From Bacteroidia bacterium (GTDB lineage: Bacteria > Bacteroidota > Bacteroidia > M30B66): a DNA stretch of 64,000 nt. This document shows, one piece after another, positions 18,875 through 28,483 of the stretch. The notes beneath the pieces are model-generated. The model was not told the DNA's origin and did no database searches. It saw nothing but the letters and a program-made list of their open reading frames with translations. The stretch lies in assembly GCA_965279035.1 (NCBI GenBank), contig OZ257142.1, positions 736,001 to 800,000 of the forward strand. The letters are read 5' to 3'. The translations under genes and the position numbers were made by a program. Every line of letters begins with the position of its first letter. The first letter of the stretch is position 1.

Positions 18875-20232
18875 TTCATTCCAAGTTGATTCGGAAGTTC
18901 CTCAAAACTCAACCCGTCAAAATTCCCGGAACTCATCATCAGTAAATTGGCATTGTCCCAGTTTTCATTTCTCAAGGCTTCAACAAGCAGAGCTGAATCG
19001 TTAAAGACAATCACATTATTTCCACCAAAAGCAGATTTAACTTGCTCGGTTGTAATAGGTTTTAATTTTTTGTGCTCTACCGTGTGCGGATTGAAGTAAA
19101 CATAGGCCTTATCTGCTTTGGCCATGGAGTTTTTATATTCCAATAGAAACAGCTCATTTAAACTACTAAACGTATGGAGTTCCATACAGGCAATGAGTTT
19201 TCTGTTTGGAAACTGCTCCCTTACTGCATCGGTTGTTGCTTTTAGTTTTGATGGAGAATGTGCAAAATCTTTAAACACGCTGGTGCTACTGTTAGAAAAG
19301 ACAAGCTCGAGCCTTTTTGCAGCTCCTGTGAACGATTGAATTGCTTGATAGAAATCGGCTTTACTCATCCCCAATTCTTCACAAACCAAGAGAGCTCCTT
19401 TTAAATTCTGCAAATTATGCTTTCCGAAAATCTTAAGCGGAATTCGTTGTTCTTCATCAATTAAATAAGTAAAGCCATTGATGATTTCAGAAGGATGTTC
19501 ATGATACGGGTGTAGCCGAATATCTTTTCTACAATTCGCTGCAATCTTCACTAATTCTGGATCTCCATCAAAGAAAATGAGCGTTCCGTTCAGTTCAATT
19601 TTATCAGCAAATAATTGGAATTGCTCTACATAATTTTCAAACGTTGGAAAAACATTGATATGATCCCAAGCAACACCACTCAATAATGCTATGTGAGGAT
19701 GATATAAATGAAATTTTGGGACACGTTCGATTGGCGATGCTAAATATTCATCACCTTCCAATAGGATGCGTGGTGATTCGGCAGTAATTTTTACCATTGT
19801 ATCAAATCCCTTCAGCTGCGCACCTACCAAATAATCACACTCCATGCTACATGCGTTCAAAGCATGAAGGATCATCGCCGTAATGGAAGTTTTACCATGG
19901 CTTCCGCCAATAACAACGCGTGTTTTGTTTTGACTTTGGTCATAAATATAACCCGGATAGGAAAATACGTTCAAGCCTAATTCTTGAGCTTTAAGCAATT
20001 CAGGATTATCGATTCGTGCATGCATTCCTAAAATAACAGCATCTAAATCTGAAGTTATTTTATCGGGAAACCAACCATCTTGTTTGGGTAATAATCCATG
20101 TGAAGCTAGCCGTGTGCGGGATGGCTCAAACACTTCATCGTCCGAACCACTTACTTCATATCCTTTTTTATGCATGGCAATCGCCAAATTATGCATCGCA
20201 CTTCCACCAATTGCAATCAGATGAACCTTCAT
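18871..20232 (-). CDS. mpl: Mur ligase, Mpl/MurC-like (murein peptide ligase)
   Basis: HLIAIGGSAM, GSHGKTS, EGDEY, WDHINVF and DFAHSPSK motifs. Confidence 0.8.
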   Translation of the reverse strand: MKVHLIAIGGSAMHNLAIAMHKKGYEVSGSDDEVFEPSRTRLASHGLLPKQDGWFPDKITSDLDAVILGMHARIDNPELLKAQELGLNVFSYPGYIYDQSQNKTRVVIGGSHGKTSITAMILHALNACSMECDYLVGAQLKGFDTMVKITAESPRILLEGDEYLASPIERVPKFHLYHPHIALLSGVAWDHINVFPTFENYVEQFQLFADKIELNGTLIFFDGDPELVKIAANCRKDIRLHPYHEHPSEIINGFTYLIDEEQRIPLKIFGKHNLQNLKGALLVCEELGMSKADFYQAIQSFTGAAKRLELVFSNSSTSVFKDFAHSPSKLKATTDAVREQFPNRKLIACMELHTFSSLNELFLLEYKNSMAKADKAYVYFNPHTVEHKKLKPITTEQVKSAFGGNNVIVFNDSALLVEALRNENWDNANLLMMSSGNFDGLSFEELPNQLGMN

Positions 20233-20348
20233 TCCTCAAAATTTCCGGTAAATTTAGCCCCTGCGTTTAGCTTGATTCTTCACTTGTTCTGAATTTGTGA
20301 ACATCGTGCTGTGACCTAATGCACATTCATCTTTATTTGTAAAAAAAT

Positions 20349-21194
20349 ATGCAGTTATTTCCAATCAATGCCGGCCATTTCAAACTCGATGGTGGCGCTA
20401 TGTTCGGTGTAGTTCCTAAATCGCTTTGGAGTAAAAATTATCCTGCAGACGAAAACAATCTCTGCTCTTGGGCTATGCGTTGCTTATTGGTTCAAGATGG
20501 AAACCGCTTAGTACTTATTGATAATGGAATGGGAAATAAACAGGATGAAAAATTCTTCTCCCATTATGCATTGCATGGCGAAGACACTTTAGACAAATCG
20601 CTTCAATATGCTGGCTTTCATCGTGATGATATTACAGATGTTTTTTTAACGCATCTTCATTTTGATCATTGCGGCGGAAGCATCGAATGGAATTCCAATC
20701 GTTCTGGCTTTCGCCCAGCTTTTAAAAACGCCACCTATTGGAGTAATGCTGAACATTGGAAATGGGCCACCGAACCAAATCCTCGCGAAAAAGCATCCTT
20801 CTTAAAAGAAAATATTTTGCCCATACAAGAATCTGGACAACTCCGTTTTATCGAAGGGAATGAGTTATTTAAAGGATTCAATATCGAACGAGTGAACGGA
20901 CATACCGAATCAATGATGCTACCTGTAATTGAAACCGGTGGACATAAAATTATGTACATGGCCGATCTGCTTCCTTCGCCCGTGCATGTTCCAGTTGCTT
21001 GGGTGATGGCATACGATACCCGCCCATTGCTCACCATGCAGGAAAAGTCATCAGTGCTTTCAACCTGTGTCTCAGAAGAACGAATCCTCTTTTTTGAACA
21101 TGATAAATCCATCGAATGCGCCACATTGCAACAAACAGAAAAGGGAATTCGCATAAAAGATACCTTTCCATTGTCTGCACTTTTTTCTTCTTAG
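20349..21194 (+). CDS. MBL-fold metallo-hydrolase (YtnP-like)
   Basis: LDGGAMFGVVPK and THLHFDHCGG motifs. Confidence 0.9.
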   Translation: MQLFPINAGHFKLDGGAMFGVVPKSLWSKNYPADENNLCSWAMRCLLVQDGNRLVLIDNGMGNKQDEKFFSHYALHGEDTLDKSLQYAGFHRDDITDVFLTHLHFDHCGGSIEWNSNRSGFRPAFKNATYWSNAEHWKWATEPNPREKASFLKENILPIQESGQLRFIEGNELFKGFNIERVNGHTESMMLPVIETGGHKIMYMADLLPSPVHVPVAWVMAYDTRPLLTMQEKSSVLSTCVSEERILFFEHDKSIECATLQQTEKGIRIKDTFPLSALFSS

Positions 21195-22261
21195 CTCAAT
21201 TCGCTTCGAATAGTGGTGCTCAAGCGCTTGTCATTATTGGAAAGCAAGCACCATTTATTCTTCGGGAACTTGTTCAGCCATTTGGTCAATTAAGCGACGT
21301 AGATTCTTGCTTATTTATTTCTCCAACTCGCTTGGCTGTTCGTAAAACGGGTGAGCAAGGATTTCGTTTATATACTTCAACCTTACGACCTATAGGAAAT
21401 TCATTAGTAAGTCGAATCGGAATTCAGCATGAAGCGATGATTCCTTTTGCCTTTGGCGATGATTGGGGAATTGCAGATACCAATGGACATGTTCTTATTA
21501 AACCACGTTTCGATGAAATAATATTAATTAAACATGGGAAAATTGCTGTTAGAAAAGGGAATCAATTTGGTGTGATTAATTCTTCTGGGAAATGGATTCT
21601 CAAGCCCGAATCGGATAAATCAAAAGCACTTAATCTACTCCATCCACCCCCCAAAAGCACATCGAAATTCGACTCTTCTCTTTTTGATAAAGTAGCGTTC
21701 GAAGACGGAGATTCTATTGTTCGAGTATATAAAAACAAACGTGTTGGATTTGTTGATTTGAGAACAGGAAGGACTATTTCTGAAATCATTTTTGAAGAAG
21801 CATCTCCTTTTATTTTGGGAAAAGCCATCGTTAAAAATGAAAACGGATATACATTAATGAATGAATCTGGACAGATTTGCCCTATGCAGATGTTCGATTT
21901 TATTCAGTTTGATCAATCCTTAAATCTTGTTTTTTATTCTGGAGAAGGTTCCGAACGTTGGATGGGACTTCTTGGAGATCATTGCGAAATTATTGTTCCA
22001 GGATCGTTTCGTGAAATTGGTCATTTTTCAGAATCTTTTGCTCGATGTTCTAGAACTGGAATCGGATATAATTACCTTGATCAAAAAGGAGATGAAGTAT
22101 TTCCGAAGAAAGTATTTAGTACAGCCGAAGATCCCCAAAATGGATTTGGGCTTGTATGCGAAAATAATGTGTGGCAAATTTTGAATCTATGGAATGCTGA
22201 TCCTCGACCTGTTTACGTATCAAACGATCGAACCGCCTTTCAAATCATTAGTTTTCATTAA
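21116..22261 (+). CDS. WG-repeat-containing exported protein
   Basis: Repeats WGIADTNG, FGVINSSG, VGFVDLRTG, YNYLDQKG; signal-peptide-like N-terminus. Start uncertain because of a 79 nt overlap. Confidence 0.65.
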   Translation: MRHIATNRKGNSHKRYLSIVCTFFFLAQFASNSGAQALVIIGKQAPFILRELVQPFGQLSDVDSCLFISPTRLAVRKTGEQGFRLYTSTLRPIGNSLVSRIGIQHEAMIPFAFGDDWGIADTNGHVLIKPRFDEIILIKHGKIAVRKGNQFGVINSSGKWILKPESDKSKALNLLHPPPKSTSKFDSSLFDKVAFEDGDSIVRVYKNKRVGFVDLRTGRTISEIIFEEASPFILGKAIVKNENGYTLMNESGQICPMQMFDFIQFDQSLNLVFYSGEGSERWMGLLGDHCEIIVPGSFREIGHFSESFARCSRTGIGYNYLDQKGDEVFPKKVFSTAEDPQNGFGLVCENNVWQILNLWNADPRPVYVSNDRTAFQIISFH

Positions 22262-22620
22262 TAAAACCAGCTTTTTCGAGTTTCTATTCCTACAAACAAT
22301 CCTTCTGGACGAATTTCAATTGGATAAAGATTGATATTGTTTTCTCGTCTTTCAACTTCTCTCCCTGTTTTTAAATTCCAAGCATAGCGATGAAACGGAC
22401 AAACAATCGTCCCGTTTTCACAAAATCCACCATGAGTAATCGGTAAGTTTTGATGAGGGCATTTTTCATCTAAAGCATAAAAGCCAGTTTCTGTCCTAGC
22501 TAAGCAAAGACGCTTTTCACCCACTTCAATGGAGATTGTTTTGTTGATTGGAACTATTTCTTTTGCTTTTTCAATGGAACTGAATACCATGAACCACTCG
22601 GTACTTTTCTTAGAAAACAT
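22258..22620 (-). CDS. Rieske 2Fe-2S ferredoxin
   Basis: CPHQ...CPFH motifs. Confidence 0.9.
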   Translation of the reverse strand: MFSKKSTEWFMVFSSIEKAKEIVPINKTISIEVGEKRLCLARTETGFYALDEKCPHQNLPITHGGFCENGTIVCPFHRYAWNLKTGREVERRENNINLYPIEIRPEGLFVGIETRKSWFY

Positions 22621-23547
22621 TCAGGGTACTGTTACGATGTTGAGTTTTTGAGAATGAATGACAAAGATAGCGGGAGTTGAACCAATAGACTCACCATCTG
22701 CTTGAATTGGTAGGTCAGGAGTGTGGATTTCTAATTTCGCACAAGTCATCGTTTGTACTTCTTTCAGTTTAGTAAAGCTCCCTGTAAACAATCGGGGAAG
22801 ATTGAAAATGACTTTAATACGTTTTATTTTAGATGCAATAGTTAAATGAAACAAGCCATCCGATGGCTCTGCTTCTGGAACAAGTTTCATCGCATTGCCA
22901 GCATATCGACAAATGCCCGCCAATAGTGCAAATAATTCGGTGTCTTGTTTTTTATCGTCAACACTAAAATCGATTCTGGGTTCTTTATATTTAGTTAAGG
23001 TTCCAACTAAGTGAGAAACATAGGTTAAAACGCCACTTTTTCCTTGAGCTTTTGCTGCATTCGCAGCTTGTGCAACTTTAGCATCAAATCCACACCCTGC
23101 TACATTTATAAACCACATTTCCCTTTCAACTCCACGATTTTGAAAGGAGATATGAGCAACGTCTTGTTGTTTGGAAATTGGATTCTTTAATAAATTAATA
23201 GAAGATTCAATTGAGTTAGGGATTTTCCACGTTCGTCTCCAATCATTTCCGGTTCCAACAGGAATCTGTGCTAATAAAATCTGATTACTTGGAATGTGCG
23301 TTTGCTCTAAAATACCATTGGCAACTTCATTTAATGTTCCATCACCACCAGCCACAACAAATTTTCTGAATCCTTTTTCTATCGATTTCTTCGTTACTTC
23401 AATCGCATCACCACCGTGTTTCGTTTCATAAAGTGTATACGATATTCCAGCATTGACCAATGATTGCTCAATCCGCCATTTATGCCGAAGTCCTTTCCCT
23501 CCACCTGCTTTGGGATTCAAAATCAAAAACCAATCTGCTTGTTCCAT
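22621..23547 (-). CDS. Diacylglycerol/lipid kinase family (YegS/BmrU)
   Basis: NPKAGGG, AGGDGTLNEVANG, PVGTGND and QADGE motifs. Confidence 0.92.
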   Translation of the reverse strand: MEQADWFLILNPKAGGGKGLRHKWRIEQSLVNAGISYTLYETKHGGDAIEVTKKSIEKGFRKFVVAGGDGTLNEVANGILEQTHIPSNQILLAQIPVGTGNDWRRTWKIPNSIESSINLLKNPISKQQDVAHISFQNRGVEREMWFINVAGCGFDAKVAQAANAAKAQGKSGVLTYVSHLVGTLTKYKEPRIDFSVDDKKQDTELFALLAGICRYAGNAMKLVPEAEPSDGLFHLTIASKIKRIKVIFNLPRLFTGSFTKLKEVQTMTCAKLEIHTPDLPIQADGESIGSTPAIFVIHSQKLNIVTVP

Positions 23548-23574
23548 TTTTCAAACATAATGGGAATTATCCAT

Positions 23575-23612
23575 AAAAAATAAGGCGCTGAATCAATTGA
23601 CTCAGCGCCTTT
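23575..23612 (-). terminator. Intrinsic terminator after hsp20
   Basis: Stem AAGGCGCTGA/TCAGCGCCTT with an A-run at 23575-23580, which is the U-tract on the minus strand. Confidence 0.8.
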
Positions 23613-23631
23613 ATAACAACCACCATTTTGA

Positions 23632-24078
23632 TTAATTCAACTCAATTTTTCGAGCTATTTTAGTTTCAATCTCCTTTTTAGGTAATTCAATATGAAGAAT
23701 CCCATGCTCAAAACGAGCAGCAATTTTTTCTTGGTCTACATTTTCAGGTAAAGTAAAACTGCGTTTGAAATTCTGAAAACTGAACTCTTTTCTGCTATAA
23801 CGTTTCTCAGTTTGTTCTGTTTCTGATTTCTTTTCTCCACTTACCGTTAGGATTTCATTTTCAATCGACAATTCAATTTCCTCTTTTGTGAATCCAGGTG
23901 CCGATAACTCTAAATGAAAATGTTGCTCATTTTCTGAAATGTTTACTGCTGGCAATCCCGAAGCGGTACCAAATGGACGAAATCCTGACATTTCGTTTTC
24001 GAAAAAATCGTTGAACAAGCTTGAAAAAGCAGGTGATACAGGACGATTCGTTGGTTTGTTAAATTTTATAAGTGTCAT
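23632..24078 (-). CDS. Hsp20/alpha-crystallin small heat-shock protein
   Basis: PAVNISE, SAPGF, FKRSFTLP, GILHIELPK and C-terminal IEL motif. Start at ATG 24078. Confidence 0.95.
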   Translation of the reverse strand: MTLIKFNKPTNRPVSPAFSSLFNDFFENEMSGFRPFGTASGLPAVNISENEQHFHLELSAPGFTKEEIELSIENEILTVSGEKKSETEQTEKRYSRKEFSFQNFKRSFTLPENVDQEKIAARFEHGILHIELPKKEIETKIARKIELN

Positions 24079-24112
24079 GGGTTTTTGTTTTTTAATTGTT
24101 TCCTCAGCCGTT

Positions 24113-24293
24113 TTCAATCTATATTCCATTTAAAATTAACGGACAATATGGCGCAATTATTTTGGAGCGAATGACAAAACGGCGCACGAGAATTTAATCT
24201 AACACAGGATGACACGATTTCATTCAGTTCCATTTCAATCTGACAGTCTTTTCGTCGATATGTCTGAATTAAAACTGTCGGAATACTCTTTGA
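24113..24293. promoter_or_regulatory. Divergent regulatory region with two GGAATA-N4-TTGA boxes and GACA-based repeats
   Basis: TGGAATATAGATTGAA (- strand, 24113-24128); CGGAATACTCTTTGA (+ strand, 24279-24293); GACAAtAtGGCGCA at 24142 and GACAAaAcGGCGCA at 24173; further TGACA at 24210 and 24241. Confidence 0.5.
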
Positions 24294-24326
24294 GTAGGGC
24301 AACTCACACAAAAAACTATAACGAAT

Positions 24327-25007
24327 ATGAGTGGAATATATCTGATCATGATCTTGGTGATGGGCGTTTCATGGTTTGTTAGCTACAGGCTAAAAAGCAA
24401 GTTCAAGTATTATTCTGAACAACAACTTCAATCTGGATTAAGTGGAAAAGAAATCGCTGAAAAAATGTTAAGCGACAATGGAATCGCCAATGTTCGAGTT
24501 ACATCTGTCGAAGGATTTCTTTCAGATCACTACAACCCATTAGAAAAAACAATCAACTTAAGTCCTGAAGTATATAATGGTAGAAGCATAGCTTCCGCCG
24601 CAGTTGCAGCACACGAATGCGGGCATGCTGTGCAACATGATAAAGGATATGCTTGGCTTTCGATGCGTTCGGCACTTGTTCCTGCAGTTCAGTTTTCATC
24701 CAATATTGTACAGTGGATTTTACTTGCGGGAGTTCTATTATTGAATGCATTTCCCTACTTATTAATCATTGGTGTTGCTCTTTTTGCAATCACTACCTTA
24801 TTTAGTTTGATCACCTTACCTGTTGAAATAGATGCTTCTCGTAGGGCTTTAATTTGGTTAGATAGCACTGGAATGGCCAAAGGTCAAGACCATGAAAAAG
24901 CAAAAGATGCTTTACAATGGGCTGCAATGACTTATGTAGTTGCTGCTATTGGTTCGATTGCTACCTTATTGTATTACGTTTCAATTCTAAATAATAGAAG
25001 AAATTAG
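24327..25007 (+). CDS. Membrane zinc metallopeptidase (YugP / Zn_peptidase_2 family)
   Basis: LSDHYNP, AVAAHECGHAVQH, TLPVEIDAS and AAMTYV motifs. Confidence 0.92.
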   Translation: MSGIYLIMILVMGVSWFVSYRLKSKFKYYSEQQLQSGLSGKEIAEKMLSDNGIANVRVTSVEGFLSDHYNPLEKTINLSPEVYNGRSIASAAVAAHECGHAVQHDKGYAWLSMRSALVPAVQFSSNIVQWILLAGVLLLNAFPYLLIIGVALFAITTLFSLITLPVEIDASRRALIWLDSTGMAKGQDHEKAKDALQWAAMTYVVAAIGSIATLLYYVSILNNRRN

Positions 25008-25036
25008 GTGTGGATATTTAATTTAACAAATAATAG

Positions 25037-25063
25037 AGCTGGTTTTTAACCAGCTTTTTTTTT
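25037..25063 (+). terminator. Intrinsic terminator
   Basis: AGCTGGTT-ttt-AACCAGCT followed by T8. Confidence 0.85.
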
Positions 25064-25103
25064 GAAGCTCAGTATTTTCTATCTTGCAATACATATTTTT
25101 TTT

Positions 25104-28100
25104 ATGAAGAAATTTCTCCAATCGATTCTCATCATTGTCTTTGCATTTAGTTCAATTCAATCTTTTTCTCAAACAAGTTCCATTACGTGGATTGGTGGTG
25201 ATGGACTTGCTTCGCCAATTCGACTTAGATTTCAATTAGGAGAATATACTATCAAATCGGTATCTACTCCACGTGGTGCTGAATCCATCGTTGTTGCATC
25301 AGGCGCTTCTCCTATACTTCGAGCCGGTGCACCCGATCTTCCAAAATTTACAGGTTCGGTAATCATTCCTGATTTAGCTTCTTATCAAGTTGAGATTATT
25401 TCATCTCACACGATTGAAATTGCAAATCAAACAATTGCTCCTTCTAAAGGCAATCTTAAAAGAGATATAAATCCATCAACTATTTCCCGAAATCGCGGTG
25501 AAGTTTACCAAACAAATAACTTATTTCCAGAACACCTTGCTTCGCTTAGAAACCCATATATCTTTTCAGAATTTAGAGGTCAAACAGTAATTTTCTATCC
25601 GTTTCAATACAACCATCAATCTCATACTCTTCACGTAACTGATCAAATAGAAGTTGTACTTCGTCCGCTTGAACAAGTAAGTCCACAAAATCCATTTGTA
25701 AGAAATCTACAGGTTCATAGTGATATTAATAAGACAGATTTATATTCAAAACATTTTCTTAATTACTCTGTAGATCGCTATTCCCCAATTTTAGAGCAAC
25801 CACGAATGCTTATAATTTCCGATCCTGCCTTTGTTGCTGATCTCGAGCCCCTTATTACATGGAAACGTCAAACAGGAATGGACGTTGAAGTGCTCACCTT
25901 AGCTCAAGCTGGTGGAAATGCTGCAGGAATTTCTTCTGCAGTTCAAACACGTTATCATGGACAAGGCTTAAGTTATTTACTTCTTGTTGGTGATATTGCT
26001 CAAATCCCATCATTGTCTGCTTTTACAGGCAAATCCGATCCTTCTTATGGATTTATCGACGGAAATGATACCTATCCCGAAGTCATTGTTGGTCGACTTT
26101 CGGCTGAAAATACTACTCATGTTCAAACGCAAGTGAGCAAAATTGTTCAGTATGAAAAAGCGCTTCTGCCAGTTTCGAATTTATGTCACCTTTTAGCCAT
26201 GGCTTCTGATCAAGGTCCGGGTGATGACAATGAACTGGATTGGGAACACGAACGTGTAATGCGAAATAAATTAACTTCATACACGTATAATCTTGCTTAT
26301 GAATTATATGATGGAAGTGAAGGTGAACTCGATCAAGCAGGAAACCCAAGTGCAGCGAATGTAACATCAACTCTTAATCAAGGAGTTGGATTGTTGAATT
26401 ACACAGGACATGGTTCTGCAACCAGTTTTGGTACAAGCGGATTTTCCAACACACAAATAAATCAACTCCAAAATAACGGCATGCTTCCTTTTGTTTGGTC
26501 TGTTGGTTGTGTCAATGGTGAATTTGATAATGGTACTTGTTTCGGGGAATCTTGGCTTAGAGCAACATCTAATGGTCAATTAACTGGAGCTGTTGCTACA
26601 TATATGTCATCTATCAATCAAAGTTGGGATCCTCCAATGTCTGCTCAAGATGAAATGGTTGATTTGCTAACTGGTTTAGTTCAAACAACCAATACACGAA
26701 CTTTCGGTGGTTTGTGTTTGAATGGTTGCCTTCAAATGAATGATGAATATGGTACAGCAGGCGATGAAATGACTGCTACTTGGCATATTTTCGGAGATCC
26801 TTCTATGATGGTTCGAACTGCTGTTCCTACATCAATGGTAGTTACACATGCTGCAACTACTGCTTTAGGAACGAATGGCTTTTTAGTAAATGTTGATGTA
26901 GAAGATGCACGCGTTGGTATTACTCAAAATGGTGTTCTACTTGGAACCGCACTTGTTTCATCTGGTCAAGCCTGGGTTAATTTTTCACCACTTACTTTAA
27001 CCGATCCATTACTTATTACTGTAACAGCATTTAACCACATTCCATATCAAGGAAATGTTACAATTGAAAGTCCTTCAGATGCCTTTTTACTTTTGAGTAA
27101 CCACCAGTTGAATGAAGTTTCAGGAAATGGAGATCAACTAGCCGATTATGCTGAAACGTTACAAATTAATGCAAGCATCGAAAATGTTGGTGGGTCAGAA
27201 GCTACCGATGTTTCAGGTACTATTACTACTTCGGATGCATACATCACTATCCTTAATCCGAATTGCCAATTTGGGAATGTTGCTGCTGGATTAACAGCTT
27301 TATCAGATGGATGCTTCACTTTCCAAGTAGACAATAACATTGTTGATCAATCTATAGCACATTTTATTCTTACGTTCACCGATAATTCAGGTAATTCTTG
27401 GTCGCAACCATTAACTGTTACGCTCAATGCTCCTGTATTGCAAATTCCTACAATAAGCTTCAGCGAAATTACTGGAAACGGAAATGGTCAACCTGATGCT
27501 GGAGAAAGCCTCGAGATTGTTTTTTCAAATCAAAACGATGGACATGCTGCAACTCTCATTGGAATAGGAACTGTTACAGTGAATGCTAGTGAGATTTCTT
27601 TACCTCAGTCCGACATTTCTATTTCTTCACTTAATTCCTCAAATCAAGAAACAAGTTCATTTACTTTAAATATTCAATCTACTGTTAGTGCAGGTTCGTA
27701 TGTTCCCGTTCAATATACATGGACTGCCGGCTCCTATTCGGTTTCAAAAAACACCTTGCTTCATGTGGGTGCTGTAATTGAAGATGTTGAAACTGGAGAT
27801 TTTTCTCATTTCAATTGGCAAAACGCTGATCAAACTCCTTGGACAATTGATAATGCAACTGTTTACGAAGGAACAAATAGCTTCAAATCTGGAGCAATTG
27901 GTAATAGCGAAACGACTCAACTAATCATTCAATATAATGTGAGCACAGCCGATACATTGCGATTCATGAAGAAAGTATCAACTGAAGAAGGATATGATTA
28001 TTTGAAATTTTATCTTGATGGACAACCCATTCAAACTTGGAGTGGATTAATTGACTGGTCACAAGAAAAAGTAATCGTAAGTGCCGGAATCCATGAATTT

Positions 28101-28481
28101 AGCTGGATTTACGAAAAAGATGATATGGTTTCTGGAAATGAAGATGCTTGTTGGATAGATTATATCGTATTTCCTGCAGGAAACTCTGTAAGTCCATCTG
28201 GAATTCAGCAAACTAGTAATGTAACGGAGTCTTTTAATGTATTTCCGAATCCAATTCAACAAGGAGTTTTTACTTTAACAGGAAATCAGATTCAACAAGG
28301 AGTTTATACATTCCGTATGCTTGATGCATCGGGACGTTGTATTGAAAATCGTAAAGAAAAATCGGGATTATCCTCGAATCAATGGAAATGGGATATTTCT
28401 CAGTATGCTGCAGGATTCTATTTTCTTGAAATCAGAAAACCGGATAACCAAATTCAGACAATAAAACTAATGCTTGAATAA
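25104..28481 (+). CDS. Gingipain-like cysteine peptidase (C25) with propeptide, Ig-like domains and T9SS C-terminal domain
   Basis: NYTGHGS and SVGCVNG catalytic motifs, FGDPSM, C-terminal VFPNP...GFYFLEI...TIKLMLE. Start at ATG 25104. Confidence 0.92.
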   Translation: MKKFLQSILIIVFAFSSIQSFSQTSSITWIGGDGLASPIRLRFQLGEYTIKSVSTPRGAESIVVASGASPILRAGAPDLPKFTGSVIIPDLASYQVEIISSHTIEIANQTIAPSKGNLKRDINPSTISRNRGEVYQTNNLFPEHLASLRNPYIFSEFRGQTVIFYPFQYNHQSHTLHVTDQIEVVLRPLEQVSPQNPFVRNLQVHSDINKTDLYSKHFLNYSVDRYSPILEQPRMLIISDPAFVADLEPLITWKRQTGMDVEVLTLAQAGGNAAGISSAVQTRYHGQGLSYLLLVGDIAQIPSLSAFTGKSDPSYGFIDGNDTYPEVIVGRLSAENTTHVQTQVSKIVQYEKALLPVSNLCHLLAMASDQGPGDDNELDWEHERVMRNKLTSYTYNLAYELYDGSEGELDQAGNPSAANVTSTLNQGVGLLNYTGHGSATSFGTSGFSNTQINQLQNNGMLPFVWSVGCVNGEFDNGTCFGESWLRATSNGQLTGAVATYMSSINQSWDPPMSAQDEMVDLLTGLVQTTNTRTFGGLCLNGCLQMNDEYGTAGDEMTATWHIFGDPSMMVRTAVPTSMVVTHAATTALGTNGFLVNVDVEDARVGITQNGVLLGTALVSSGQAWVNFSPLTLTDPLLITVTAFNHIPYQGNVTIESPSDAFLLLSNHQLNEVSGNGDQLADYAETLQINASIENVGGSEATDVSGTITTSDAYITILNPNCQFGNVAAGLTALSDGCFTFQVDNNIVDQSIAHFILTFTDNSGNSWSQPLTVTLNAPVLQIPTISFSEITGNGNGQPDAGESLEIVFSNQNDGHAATLIGIGTVTVNASEISLPQSDISISSLNSSNQETSSFTLNIQSTVSAGSYVPVQYTWTAGSYSVSKNTLLHVGAVIEDVETGDFSHFNWQNADQTPWTIDNATVYEGTNSFKSGAIGNSETTQLIIQYNVSTADTLRFMKKVSTEEGYDYLKFYLDGQPIQTWSGLIDWSQEKVIVSAGIHEFSWIYEKDDMVSGNEDACWIDYIVFPAGNSVSPSGIQQTSNVTESFNVFPNPIQQGVFTLTGNQIQQGVYTFRMLDASGRCIENRKEKSGLSSNQWKWDISQYAAGFYFLEIRKPDNQIQTIKLMLE

Positions 28482-28483
28482 GT

